Shown here in pieces: positions 10,010-18,982 of a stretch of 64,000 bases of DNA. The stretch comes from a virus. The notes under the pieces are model-generated. The model ran no database searches. It was not told the origin of the DNA and saw only the letters and a program-made list of their open reading frames with translations. The stretch covers positions 32,001 through 96,000 of IMG/VR virus record IMGVR_UViG_3300032308_002775, one strand, 5' to 3'. The number at the start of each line of letters is the position of its first letter. Within the stretch, counting starts at the first letter, position 1. The translations under genes and the position numbers were made by a program.

Positions 10010-10241
10010 ATTTCAGAGCAAGTTGCAGCCGACCGTCGCACCCGCGGACAGCGTGGTGATCGAGGACGACCTGGGAAACCCGCTCTTCGTGGCGTCTCAG
10101 CTCACCGACTCGATCATTTTTGCTGATGCGCGGGATGCAGATTTTCACGCGCTTATACGCCAGCTCGGCATCGACAAAGTGGTTTCCGTTAACGAGGTCG
10201 CGCCTAAACCGCTGAACAAGAACGTGATCTGGACGCCGTAA
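9999..10241 (+). CDS. small hypothetical protein (80 aa)
   Basis: GAGGA RBS; fills the gap and stops 1 nt before the beta'-C gene. Confidence 0.65.
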   Translation: MRVRFQSKLQPTVAPADSVVIEDDLGNPLFVASQLTDSIIFADARDADFHALIRQLGIDKVVSVNEVAPKPLNKNVIWTP

Positions 10242-10242
10242 C

Positions 10243-12123
10243 ATGCTCAAGACGACGCTCGGTCAAATTCTCGTAAACGAGGCGCTGCCCGAGGACATGC
10301 GCAACTACGAGCGCGTCCTGACCAAAAAGGAAATGGGCAAGCTGGCCACGGAGCTGGCGCAGAAGTACCCGGACAAATACCGGGACGTCATGAAGCGCCT
10401 GCACGACGTGGGCCGCGACGCTGCGTACACCACGAACGGCCTGTCGTTTGGGCTGAAAGATATCAAACCGACGGTGGCCGCCCGCGACGTACAACTGCGG
10501 GTGCAGCGGCAGCTCCGCGGCATTCTGGCAAACCGCGACCTGGACGATAAGACCCGCTCGCTGGCCATTCTCAAGCTGGCCGCTGGCGCGCAGAAAGAGC
10601 TTGTCGAGCGCGTTTACGATGAGGCGCGCGGCAACGACAACCCGCTCGCGCATCAGGTAACCGGGTCTGCCGTCGGCAACAAGTTCAGCCTGAATTCGCT
10701 GATCGGCGCCGACATGCAGTATGTCGACCACAAGAACGACCCAATTCCGATTCCGGTGATGCGGAGTTACGGCCAGGGGCTTCGACCCGTGGAATATTTT
10801 GCGGGCGCCTTCGGCACCCGCAAGGGGTTGATGGACCTAAAAACGGCGACGGCCGACGCGGGCTTTTTCGGCAAACAGCTCGCCCAGATGACGCACCGGC
10901 TGCTCGTCACGGCCGACGATGACGACGATCAAGAGCGCAATGCCACTGCGCAAGACCGCGGCTTTCCGACCGACGTGGACGACGTCGACAACGAGGGCGC
11001 GCTTCTGGCGCGACCGGTGGGGCCGTACAAGCGCAACACCGTCCTGACGCCAAAGATTCTTAAAGACATCAAGGAGATGGGCATTCAGGACATCCTGGTG
11101 CGCAGCCCGCTCACCGGCGGCCCGGACGACGGCGGCGTCTACGCCAAAGACGTCGGCTACCGCGAGAAGGGCAAGCTGCCTCCAATCGGCGACTATGTCG
11201 GTATCGCCGCCGCCCAGGCCCTCTCCGAGCCGGTGACTCAGGCGCAGATCAGCTCGAAGCACTCCGGCGGCGTGGGCGGCGCGGCCTCAATCTCGGGCTT
11301 CAAGGCGATTAACGCGCTAGTCCAGGTCCCGAAAAAGTATCCCGGCGGCGCCGCGCATTCTCAGCTTGACGGATTCGTGCAGGAAATCCGCGAAGCGCCC
11401 CAGGGCGGCCATTACGTTCAAATCGGCGGCGAAGATCATTACGTGCCGGTCGACCAGGAGCTGACGGTCAAGAAGGGGCAAGAGGTCGAGGCGGGCGACT
11501 CGATCACCAATGGCATGCCCAATCCGGCCGAAGTCGTCCGGCACAAGGGCATCGGCGAGGGGCGCAGGTACTTTGTGCAGGCCATGCGCCAGGTTCTCCA
11601 GAACTCCGGCGTGTCGCCTCACCGCCGTAACATTGAACTGCTCTCGCGCGGGCTGGTCAACCACGTTCGCATGACCGACGAATACGGTGATTACAACCCC
11701 GACGACGTGGTGCCGTACTCGATGCTCGAGCGTGCTTGGCAGCCGCGTCAAGGAAGCGTGACGGGCGTGCCCAAAAGCCTGCAGGGGCATTACCTGGAGC
11801 GGCCCGTGCTCCACTACTCGGTCGGCACGAAGATCGGCAAGAATGTCGCCAGCACGCTTCAAAAGTACGGCATTAACAATGTCGAAGCGCACCGGGAACC
11901 GCCGCCCTTCCAGCCTGAAATGGTGCGCGGCATGTCGAACATCTCGAACGACCCAGACTGGATGACCCGAATGCTCGGTTCTTACCAGCAAAAGGGCCTG
12001 CTCAGCAGCGTGCACCGCGGTTCGACCAGCGACGCGGCTGGAAGCAGCTTCGTTCCCGCGCTGGCCCGCGGCGAAACGTTCGGCGTGACCGGCGCGACGA
12101 GCGGATGGCGCCCGCAAACGTGA
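10243..12123 (+). CDS. phage multisubunit RNA polymerase, C-terminal part of beta' (bridge helix, trigger loop)
   Basis: TTLGQILVN; GLSFGLKDI; bridge helix GLRPVEYFAGAFGTRKGLMDLKTATADAGFFGKQL; trigger loop GDYVGIAAAQALSEPVTQAQISSKHSGG; HRRNIELLSR. Confidence 0.93.
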   Translation: MLKTTLGQILVNEALPEDMRNYERVLTKKEMGKLATELAQKYPDKYRDVMKRLHDVGRDAAYTTNGLSFGLKDIKPTVAARDVQLRVQRQLRGILANRDLDDKTRSLAILKLAAGAQKELVERVYDEARGNDNPLAHQVTGSAVGNKFSLNSLIGADMQYVDHKNDPIPIPVMRSYGQGLRPVEYFAGAFGTRKGLMDLKTATADAGFFGKQLAQMTHRLLVTADDDDDQERNATAQDRGFPTDVDDVDNEGALLARPVGPYKRNTVLTPKILKDIKEMGIQDILVRSPLTGGPDDGGVYAKDVGYREKGKLPPIGDYVGIAAAQALSEPVTQAQISSKHSGGVGGAASISGFKAINALVQVPKKYPGGAAHSQLDGFVQEIREAPQGGHYVQIGGEDHYVPVDQELTVKKGQEVEAGDSITNGMPNPAEVVRHKGIGEGRRYFVQAMRQVLQNSGVSPHRRNIELLSRGLVNHVRMTDEYGDYNPDDVVPYSMLERAWQPRQGSVTGVPKSLQGHYLERPVLHYSVGTKIGKNVASTLQKYGINNVEAHREPPPFQPEMVRGMSNISNDPDWMTRMLGSYQQKGLLSSVHRGSTSDAAGSSFVPALARGETFGVTGATSGWRPQT

Positions 12124-12204
12124 TTCTGTAGGATGTAAGAGCTGCGACACGGTAAATTGTTGCTTACACGTGTCTTAAGATTGTGCCGCACGGAGGTGGC
12201 TACT

Positions 12205-14580
12205 GTGTACAACCGGAAGAAGACTGCGTCGTCGACGGCGCACTGGCTGAATGTGGTCCGTTCGCATAGTCGGACCCAGACCAAGCAGGCCAATTTCGGC
12301 GGGAAGGGCGACTCGGCCTCGTTCGAGCAGGCCTTTAGCAATCTGGCGCACGCCTACCTCCGCGACTCGGCGCCGAAGCTGCTTGATCACGAGATCGGCT
12401 TTCAGCTGCTCGACCGGGACCGCGAAAACACCAAGGCGATTGGCGTTTTTGCTTTCAAAGTCGGCTCTAACTGGCTGTACGCCCCGGTTTTTTTCCTGAA
12501 CGGCGACCTCAAGGGCCACGAACTCCTGTACATCAAGAACCAGGACATGTTCGTGCCGCTCAAGGAAAACTGGATTAACTACCTTGTCAACCGCAAGCCC
12601 AACATCCTGGGCAATTCGGTGGACCGCAACATGTCCCAGCTGGGCATGCGGCAGCCCGACTTCACGCAGCTCTCGCGCAGCCCGGCCAAGTTCGGCTCCG
12701 CGCGGCCGACGCTCAAGGAGATGATGACGGCCGTTATGCCGACCCTGGCCAAGACGGCCACGATGAACACGGCGCTGGCGTTCCAAGAAATTGGCCGCGT
12801 GCTCGATCTGCCGAAGTTTCTCAAGGAAGCTCGCGTCACGACGATCGACATGCTCGTCAAGACGTTTCAGGACGCCCCGGCGCTCGCCAAGGCGTTTAAC
12901 GACTTTCACGGCCTGGACGTGATCAAGGAGGCCATCGCGGTCGCAAAGGACCGCGAAAGCCGCCCGAAGATCGCCAGCGTGCTGTCGGAAGCCCCGGAAA
13001 AGAGCCCGGCTGTCGCCGGGCTCAAGATCATTTCCTACTCGAAGACCGTGCAGACGATGCTGCCGCCGGAAACGACTGAGGAAGACCAGGAGAAGCTGCT
13101 GCGCGACGGCGTGCTTATCCTCGACCAGCGCGACCGTGACAACGTCTCGATTCCCTACCACATCCAGGTTGAAAAGAAGCTTTGGAACCCGACAAAGAGC
13201 GGGCTGTACGACATCCTCGTTAAGCCGGGCAACATCGAACGGGTTTACATCGCCATGTTCCCGATGGGCGCCGCAAAGCGTTCAAACTTCTGCACGATTG
13301 TTCGGACCGAGGGCAAGCCCGAGTGGATCAACACTCGTAGCGACCAGGTCTTCTGCATCGCGTGCCCTTCTCAGAAAGAGGAGGAAGCGTGGTTTGACGG
13401 CTTGCCCGACGCCGATAGCCTGCCTTCTGGGGGCCGGTACATGCTCATCAGCAAGCGCGGTGACGCCACCGTCCCGGTCCGCGTGATCCGCGAGTACGGC
13501 GAGAGCGCGTACGGCACGACGAGCTACGAGGTCCACATGGAGGACCACTCGAAGTTCCCGCCCAAGGGATCAATCGGCCCGTGCGGCTACATCGACCCGC
13601 TGAATTACGACAAGTACCGCGACGGCGTGCGGCTGCACCTCAACGGCAAGAAGGGCAGCCAGCTCCGCGCGAGCATGGGCGACATCTTCGTGCCCGAGGG
13701 CTTCAAGCTTCTCAAGTGCGCCCCTGGCGAGGACGACGCCGAGACAGCCGAGGACCAGGGCGCCTGCGGCTGCGGTCAAAGCGAGATGCCGCCGCTGATG
13801 CCGGGCAACCTGGCGGATGCCCAGCTCGAACTGATGGGCAAAACGGCCAGCCTTGAGGTCTACCACAACGGCACCGAGGTCACGATCAACAAGGAGGCGG
13901 CCCGCAGCCCGATCGCCGCGCTGGTGACGCTCGTCGAGCATCACGGCCTGCGCGAGGACGCCGCGCGCGAGATTCTCAAGCAGGCGGCCGCCAAGCGGAA
14001 GTTCTCCTGCCATGTGAAGTACGCCAACCCTTATGGCGCGCCGATGATGGTCAACCAAGGCCCGACCGCCCCGAGCGATCCGGGCCCGGTGATGGGCGGC
14101 GAGACGATCATGGGCGCCGACGTGCCGACCCAGATGGGCATCGACATCGGCATGCCGGTGGCGGACATGTCGGCCAGTCTCACGGACCGGCAGATCTACA
14201 ACCCGAACACGCGGCTCGACAAGAAGGACGTCCGCAGCGTGCTGCAGGCGGCCCAGTCCGGCCAGAAGGAAGTGTTCGACACGGCGATGATCGGCAGCAT
14301 GCTCCGCGCCGTCCGCGACGACTCGATGGTTGATCGCTACATGGGCGACCTGACCAACGGGCTCGACAAGCTCGGCCGCATCCTGTTCATGTTCTACTGG
14401 CACGGCGACCGGTTTGCTGATCGGTACGGCAAGTCTGACATGCCGGAGCTGGAGGACTCGCTGCGCAACGCCTTCGAGATGCTCGGCGACGTGATTCTCT
14501 TCCTCAAGCAGAAGACTATCGAGCCGTATCCGGAAGAGGTTGGCTCAGACGCCGATCTCTCTAATGTCGCAAGCGCTTAA
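12205..14580 (+). CDS. large putative head-core/inner-body protein (about 791 aa)
   Basis: GGAGGT RBS before GTG 12205; repeated KTA/KQA/KEA/KYA motifs; lies between the RNAP and protease genes. Function is inferred. Confidence 0.6.
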   Translation: MYNRKKTASSTAHWLNVVRSHSRTQTKQANFGGKGDSASFEQAFSNLAHAYLRDSAPKLLDHEIGFQLLDRDRENTKAIGVFAFKVGSNWLYAPVFFLNGDLKGHELLYIKNQDMFVPLKENWINYLVNRKPNILGNSVDRNMSQLGMRQPDFTQLSRSPAKFGSARPTLKEMMTAVMPTLAKTATMNTALAFQEIGRVLDLPKFLKEARVTTIDMLVKTFQDAPALAKAFNDFHGLDVIKEAIAVAKDRESRPKIASVLSEAPEKSPAVAGLKIISYSKTVQTMLPPETTEEDQEKLLRDGVLILDQRDRDNVSIPYHIQVEKKLWNPTKSGLYDILVKPGNIERVYIAMFPMGAAKRSNFCTIVRTEGKPEWINTRSDQVFCIACPSQKEEEAWFDGLPDADSLPSGGRYMLISKRGDATVPVRVIREYGESAYGTTSYEVHMEDHSKFPPKGSIGPCGYIDPLNYDKYRDGVRLHLNGKKGSQLRASMGDIFVPEGFKLLKCAPGEDDAETAEDQGACGCGQSEMPPLMPGNLADAQLELMGKTASLEVYHNGTEVTINKEAARSPIAALVTLVEHHGLREDAAREILKQAAAKRKFSCHVKYANPYGAPMMVNQGPTAPSDPGPVMGGETIMGADVPTQMGIDIGMPVADMSASLTDRQIYNPNTRLDKKDVRSVLQAAQSGQKEVFDTAMIGSMLRAVRDDSMVDRYMGDLTNGLDKLGRILFMFYWHGDRFADRYGKSDMPELEDSLRNAFEMLGDVILFLKQKTIEPYPEEVGSDADLSNVASA

Positions 14581-14589
14581 AGGTGAAAC

Positions 14590-14985
14590 ATGGCAAGTAC
14601 GATTTGGTCCGGCGAGACGACGTTTGAAGCAACCAGCGGTTCACAGACTGTAGTCCCGATTCGGGTGCCGCACCGCGGTATTCTCCGCGGCTACAGCCTC
14701 ACGCAGACCAGCGGCGCCAACGCCGGTGCCGCCGCGGCTTTGTACACCAGCAAGCAGGACACCGCGCCAAACAACACGCTTCCCGCCGAGGCGTTTCACA
14801 TTCTCGACATCACGCTACCCACGGCGGCCAAGGTCGACGACCACAGCGCCGAAGTTGCGTACATCAACCGAGATGGCACGCCCACGAACCCGCAAAGATA
14901 TCTTTACTTGAAGATCACTCCGGCGGGGTCGGGCGCCAAGAACTTTGTGTTCTCGGTGACGATTGAAGTCCCGAAGATGGGCTAA
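14590..14985 (+). CDS. beta-rich hypothetical virion protein (131 aa)
   Basis: AAGGTG RBS; Thr/Ser/Ala-rich beta-strand pattern. Confidence 0.65.
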   Translation: MASTIWSGETTFEATSGSQTVVPIRVPHRGILRGYSLTQTSGANAGAAAALYTSKQDTAPNNTLPAEAFHILDITLPTAAKVDDHSAEVAYINRDGTPTNPQRYLYLKITPAGSGAKNFVFSVTIEVPKMG

Positions 14986-15914
14986 TGCTTCAAGCACTCC
15001 GCGATAACCCGCGCCGCGCACCGAACTGGCGCTGGCTGCGGGCTGTTCAGATCGACGGCGGCGGCCCCAAGGCGACTCGCGCCATGGACGGCGAAGAGGG
15101 TTTTGCCTGGATCCGCCGAGCGTCGCGAATGAAGCGGCGTTACGAAAAAGCAGGCAACCGCCCCGACGCGCTGTACCGGCTGATCCAGTATGACCGGGAC
15201 ATGTTCTGGGCGCACTCGATGTGGCTCGACGAAAAGCAACCCACGCGGTGGGCCGTCGAAGCCTGCATTCTGGCGGGTGAGGAAACCACGAAGATCGCTG
15301 AGCGCCTGGGAACCAATCCGGCGATCATCGAGGCATACGAGAAGGTGTTTTTCGACGTTCGAGACCGTCTTGCCGAGAAGCTTTACATCGTGAACGTGGT
15401 CATGGCCGACGCCGTGGTTCGCGGCGTTTCCGAACGCCAGTACGACCTGCTTTGGAAGCTTTTCGGTTATCACGGCGGGCCCCACGTCCTGGACGCTGTG
15501 ATTTCCAAGGTTTCTCCGATCGCCAAGCCGGAGCGGGCGGACGACGTTGGCCAGTTCTTCCAGGACTTTGCCGTGAATACCGTGAAGCACAAGGCGGCCA
15601 TCGCCACCTTGACCGTGCCCATTAACACCCACACCCAGCTGGCGATCATCGACAGCTTCGTGCAGTACTCGCAGATCGAGAAAACCAGCGAGAACGCCGG
15701 AAAGGCTCACGCCACGATCGTCGAAAATATCGGTGCCATGCTCGGCGCGTTGCCCTTCAAAATCGGCACAAAACTGGATTCGGCAGCCGACAAAATGTTA
15801 CCGTATGACAATGGCGCGGCGGAGCTGCGCAACGACGAACTCATGATCGTGGCTGCGGGTGGTAAACTATCTACCCAGCAAACCATCGAAAACCTGCGGT
15901 TCCCGGGAGAATAA
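14985..15914 (+). CDS. hypothetical protein with possible HTH segment (309 aa)
   Basis: TAATG coupling to the upstream gene; ETTKIAERLGTNPAIIEAYEKVFFDV resembles a helix-turn-helix. Confidence 0.6.
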   Translation: MLQALRDNPRRAPNWRWLRAVQIDGGGPKATRAMDGEEGFAWIRRASRMKRRYEKAGNRPDALYRLIQYDRDMFWAHSMWLDEKQPTRWAVEACILAGEETTKIAERLGTNPAIIEAYEKVFFDVRDRLAEKLYIVNVVMADAVVRGVSERQYDLLWKLFGYHGGPHVLDAVISKVSPIAKPERADDVGQFFQDFAVNTVKHKAAIATLTVPINTHTQLAIIDSFVQYSQIEKTSENAGKAHATIVENIGAMLGALPFKIGTKLDSAADKMLPYDNGAAELRNDELMIVAAGGKLSTQQTIENLRFPGE

Positions 15915-15916
15915 CC

Positions 15917-17860
15917 ATGCAGCCACTTTCCAAGGCCGCGGAAACCAAGCTAATCGGCGCCATCGAGCGCGCCGCGGCTTATGTGAACGGCGGACTGGCG
16001 CCCAACGACGCCATCGTGAAGAGCGCCGCCGAGTCCGATATTCCGGCGGGGCATATCAACCTCATGGTCCACGCCTACAACACGGGCCGGACCACCAAGC
16101 AGCGCGAACAGGGCAGCGACACCCTGGAAAAGGCGGCCGACTTTCCGCTCGCTGACGCGCAGACTGTGCTCGACGCGCTTTATCCCAAGGCCGTGAAGAC
16201 CTCCGCTGAGATTTCACGCGCTCATGTGGTTTCTGCTGAATACGCTGTGAGCCCCGCCGGAATGCTGGCGCGCCGCAAGGCGACTCAGTCCAAGGAGGCG
16301 GCCGCAAAGATATCTTTGCCCGAGAAGACGTGGACCCCTCCGCCCCGTGACGAAGAGGCTGCTGCCCGCCGGGCTGCCTCGGAGAAGCGCGCCGCAGAGT
16401 TGGCCCAGCAGGAGCTGCGACGCCAGGCCACGGTTGCCTACACAAAGGCTGCTGCGGCGATGGAAGAGCTTCACGAGTATTTCCGTCATCCGGGCAATAT
16501 GAGTTTCCAGGACGCCGTGCGCGAGACCGAGCTGCGCTACGGCGAAGACGGCGTTAACGTGCTGAACAAGCTCGCCGCCGTCTATCCGCATTTGACGAAG
16601 CAGGCCGCCACCGGTGACGTGTTCATGGGCGAGTGCCAGCCCTGCAAGCTGGCCGAGACCGTGCTCAGCGCGATCGAGGCTTACAACGAGGCGCAGGCGC
16701 GGGTGCCTGTGGCGAAGCAGGCCTCGTCAAAAAAAGCTGAACCAGCGGTCGTCACCGGGAGCATTCTGTACGACCCGGTCGCCGAACCGCTGGAGTTGAA
16801 GAACGCCATGGCCGCGGGCGATCGCTACGGCCTGGTCGATCCGCCGCGTAAAGGACAAGAGGGCGCGCCGCGACTCGGTAATAAAGGTGTCGAGGTCGAC
16901 CCAGCGGCGCACGCGTCTTTTGTACAGCGCCGCCCGCCGCCGGGTGATCCGGCAGAATTTCGCCTGGTTATGCCGGACAGAAAGCGCGGCAACCCAATTT
17001 GGGTGCATCTGAACGAAATAATGGCTGAGGACGCATTCGACCGGATGAAGGCAGAGCAACTTGCGCACGAGGCTGCTAATCGCGCTGCGCGCCAGCAGCA
17101 ACAGGCGGGCGGAGGTTCTGGCAACGGCGGATCTGGTGGTGGTGGTCCCGGCGGCCCGGGTGGTGGCGGGAGCGGCTCGCTTGTTGACATGCTGAATGCT
17201 TGGGTGGCGGGTGGTGCCGGTGGCGGTGGCGCTGGAGGTGGCGGTGGCGCTGGAGGTGGCGGTGGCGCTGGAGGTGGAGGCGGCGCTGGAGGTGGAGGCG
17301 GGGCAGGCGGCAATCCACCGGCCGGGCCGATTCAACTTCTCACGCGAAACGTAGCCGCGCGAAATCAAAACAACCAGCGCAACAACCAGCGTAACGACGG
17401 CGGCCAACGGCGCGGCGGTAACAACAAGACGCCAGAAAAGCCTGGTTTGATGTCAGCGCCCGGTCGAATTGCTGGCGGCATGGTGCGCGGAATGCTCGCC
17501 AATCAGACGACGCCTGCGGATTTGCGGCGCGGCGCTTTTGAAAGCTTGACCGATCCGGAGCACGAGACTGAACTGCGCAACATTCGCGCGCAAAGCATTC
17601 TCCACGACCTGGTCATGAACGACCCGGTTATTTCCGGTTATGATCCGGCCGAGGTGGCCAACGCGTTTAACGAATTGGCCGACGTTGCCCCGAACTTTGT
17701 GAACTCGCCTGCTACAATGCAAGCTCTCCTGCGCAAGCGCCTCGAAGCCGGACAGATGGCCGACTTCGACGTGAAGCAGCTCATTGACATGGAAAAGTCG
17801 AGAGCTGAAACGGACAAGGCGCGCATCGAGGCGTTGCAGAAAGAACGCGAACTGATCTGA
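15917..17860 (+). CDS. putative head-core protein with Gly-rich insert (647 aa)
   Basis: Many K-x-A motifs (SKAA, VKSA, EKAA, KEAA, KQAA); GAGGGG repeats. Confidence 0.65.
   Translation: MQPLSKAAETKLIGAIERAAAYVNGGLAPNDAIVKSAAESDIPAGHINLMVHAYNTGRTTKQREQGSDTLEKAADFPLADAQTVLDALYPKAVKTSAEISRAHVVSAEYAVSPAGMLARRKATQSKEAAAKISLPEKTWTPPPRDEEAAARRAASEKRAAELAQQELRRQATVAYTKAAAAMEELHEYFRHPGNMSFQDAVRETELRYGEDGVNVLNKLAAVYPHLTKQAATGDVFMGECQPCKLAETVLSAIEAYNEAQARVPVAKQASSKKAEPAVVTGSILYDPVAEPLELKNAMAAGDRYGLVDPPRKGQEGAPRLGNKGVEVDPAAHASFVQRRPPPGDPAEFRLVMPDRKRGNPIWVHLNEIMAEDAFDRMKAEQLAHEAANRAARQQQQAGGGSGNGGSGGGGPGGPGGGGSGSLVDMLNAWVAGGAGGGGAGGGGGAGGGGGAGGGGGAGGGGGAGGNPPAGPIQLLTRNVAARNQNNQRNNQRNDGGQRRGGNNKTPEKPGLMSAPGRIAGGMVRGMLANQTTPADLRRGAFESLTDPEHETELRNIRAQSILHDLVMNDPVISGYDPAEVANAFNELADVAPNFVNSPATMQALLRKRLEAGQMADFDVKQLIDMEKSRAETDKARIEALQKERELI
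17213..17311 (+). repeat. 18-bp tandem coding repeat (GGTGGCGGTGGCGCTGGA-like, about 5 copies; GAGGGG)
   Basis: Directly visible in the sequence. Confidence 0.9.
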
Positions 17861-17871
17861 GAGGACACGGC

Positions 17872-18981
17872 ATGGACGCCGAAAAGCTAGACGACATTTC
17901 GCGTTCCCTTGCGCTTTGCGCCGTGACGGGTAACCGCTCGGAGCTTGTCAAGGTCGCTGCGGAATACACCAAGCAAGCGGCCGGGCCCATGGATTACCTG
18001 GCCAATCCCTATGTGCGCAATGCGCTGCTGGGTCTTGGTGCCGGTGGCCTGGTTGGAATGCTGCAGCCCAAGCGCAAGCTGCGTAACGCGCTGACGTATG
18101 GTCTCGTCGGCGGCCTGGGCGGCGTGGGTTTGACTCCGCTGCTCAATCAACTTGGCGCGGCTGAAGCAGCTGAACCAAAACCCGATCAAACGGCCGGGCG
18201 CGAAGTTAAAGATCTTGGCGCCGCGGCAGAGATGGTGGCAAACGCCGACCCCGAGGCGCGCCGCGCTGTCGGCGCTGGAATCGGCGCCCTTACCGGCGCC
18301 TCAGCAGGTTATCGCGGCACCGTCGGTTTGCTGAAAAACCGTAACGCGCTGCAAAACCTGCTGGACGTGGAGACGAACGCCGCCAATGCTCGCAACTGGC
18401 GAGGGGCGCCGCGGCCCGCGCAGGTCAGTAACGACACTCTCGCTGCGCGCCAGGCGTTGCTGCCCGTGCGAAATGCGCTACAGCCGGGTGCGCCCAGGCC
18501 GCAGCAGCAGGCGTTTGTTGATGAAGTCATCCGCACCGCGCCTGGAGCAAGCCCGTCGGCGTCCCCCGACACGCGGCGGCTTCAGGCATTGGCGACACTC
18601 GGCGACGCCAGCGAAGCGGTGCGCCCTGGCGGCGTTCCGTTTTTACGTCGCGAGTCTCTTCCCGCTTTTATCCGCAACAGGCTCCCTGGGACCGACGGCA
18701 CGCGCGCGCTGGCGGCGCTTTCCGAAGCGGCCCAGGCCGCTGAAACTAGCGGCGCAGCGGCTGCTGGCGCCCCGGTCCGCGCAACACCGTCGGCAAACCA
18801 GCTTCACAGAGCGCTTGCCGAAGCAAACCGGCTTGCGCCCACGACCTGGCGGCAGCGCGCCGCCGGTGGGTTGGGCGCAATGGGCTTGGGCTATCTCGGC
18901 AGCCTTCTTGGTGGCTCGCTTGGCGAAGGTCAGGCAAACTTTGCAAACAGAGCCTTCCAGCAGAAAGCGTTCGGGCAATAA
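17872..18981 (+). CDS. putative internal head/ejection protein (369 aa)
   Basis: KVAA/KQAA near the N-terminus, then several GLGAGG-type hydrophobic helices. Confidence 0.6.
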   Translation: MDAEKLDDISRSLALCAVTGNRSELVKVAAEYTKQAAGPMDYLANPYVRNALLGLGAGGLVGMLQPKRKLRNALTYGLVGGLGGVGLTPLLNQLGAAEAAEPKPDQTAGREVKDLGAAAEMVANADPEARRAVGAGIGALTGASAGYRGTVGLLKNRNALQNLLDVETNAANARNWRGAPRPAQVSNDTLAARQALLPVRNALQPGAPRPQQQAFVDEVIRTAPGASPSASPDTRRLQALATLGDASEAVRPGGVPFLRRESLPAFIRNRLPGTDGTRALAALSEAAQAAETSGAAAAGAPVRATPSANQLHRALAEANRLAPTTWRQRAAGGLGAMGLGYLGSLLGGSLGEGQANFANRAFQQKAFGQ

Positions 18982-18982
18982 C

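Noticed and set aside
9999-10241. ORF as a CsrA homologue
   Set aside because: Only DSVVIEDD faintly resembles CsrA; the MLxLxR N-terminus and the GIxAP...REE motifs are absent.
4846-12123. Host chromosomal rpoB/rpoC operon
   Set aside because: There are no flanking ribosomal protein or nusG genes. The chains are compact, divergent, fused and split, lack Zn sites, and sit among phage head genes.
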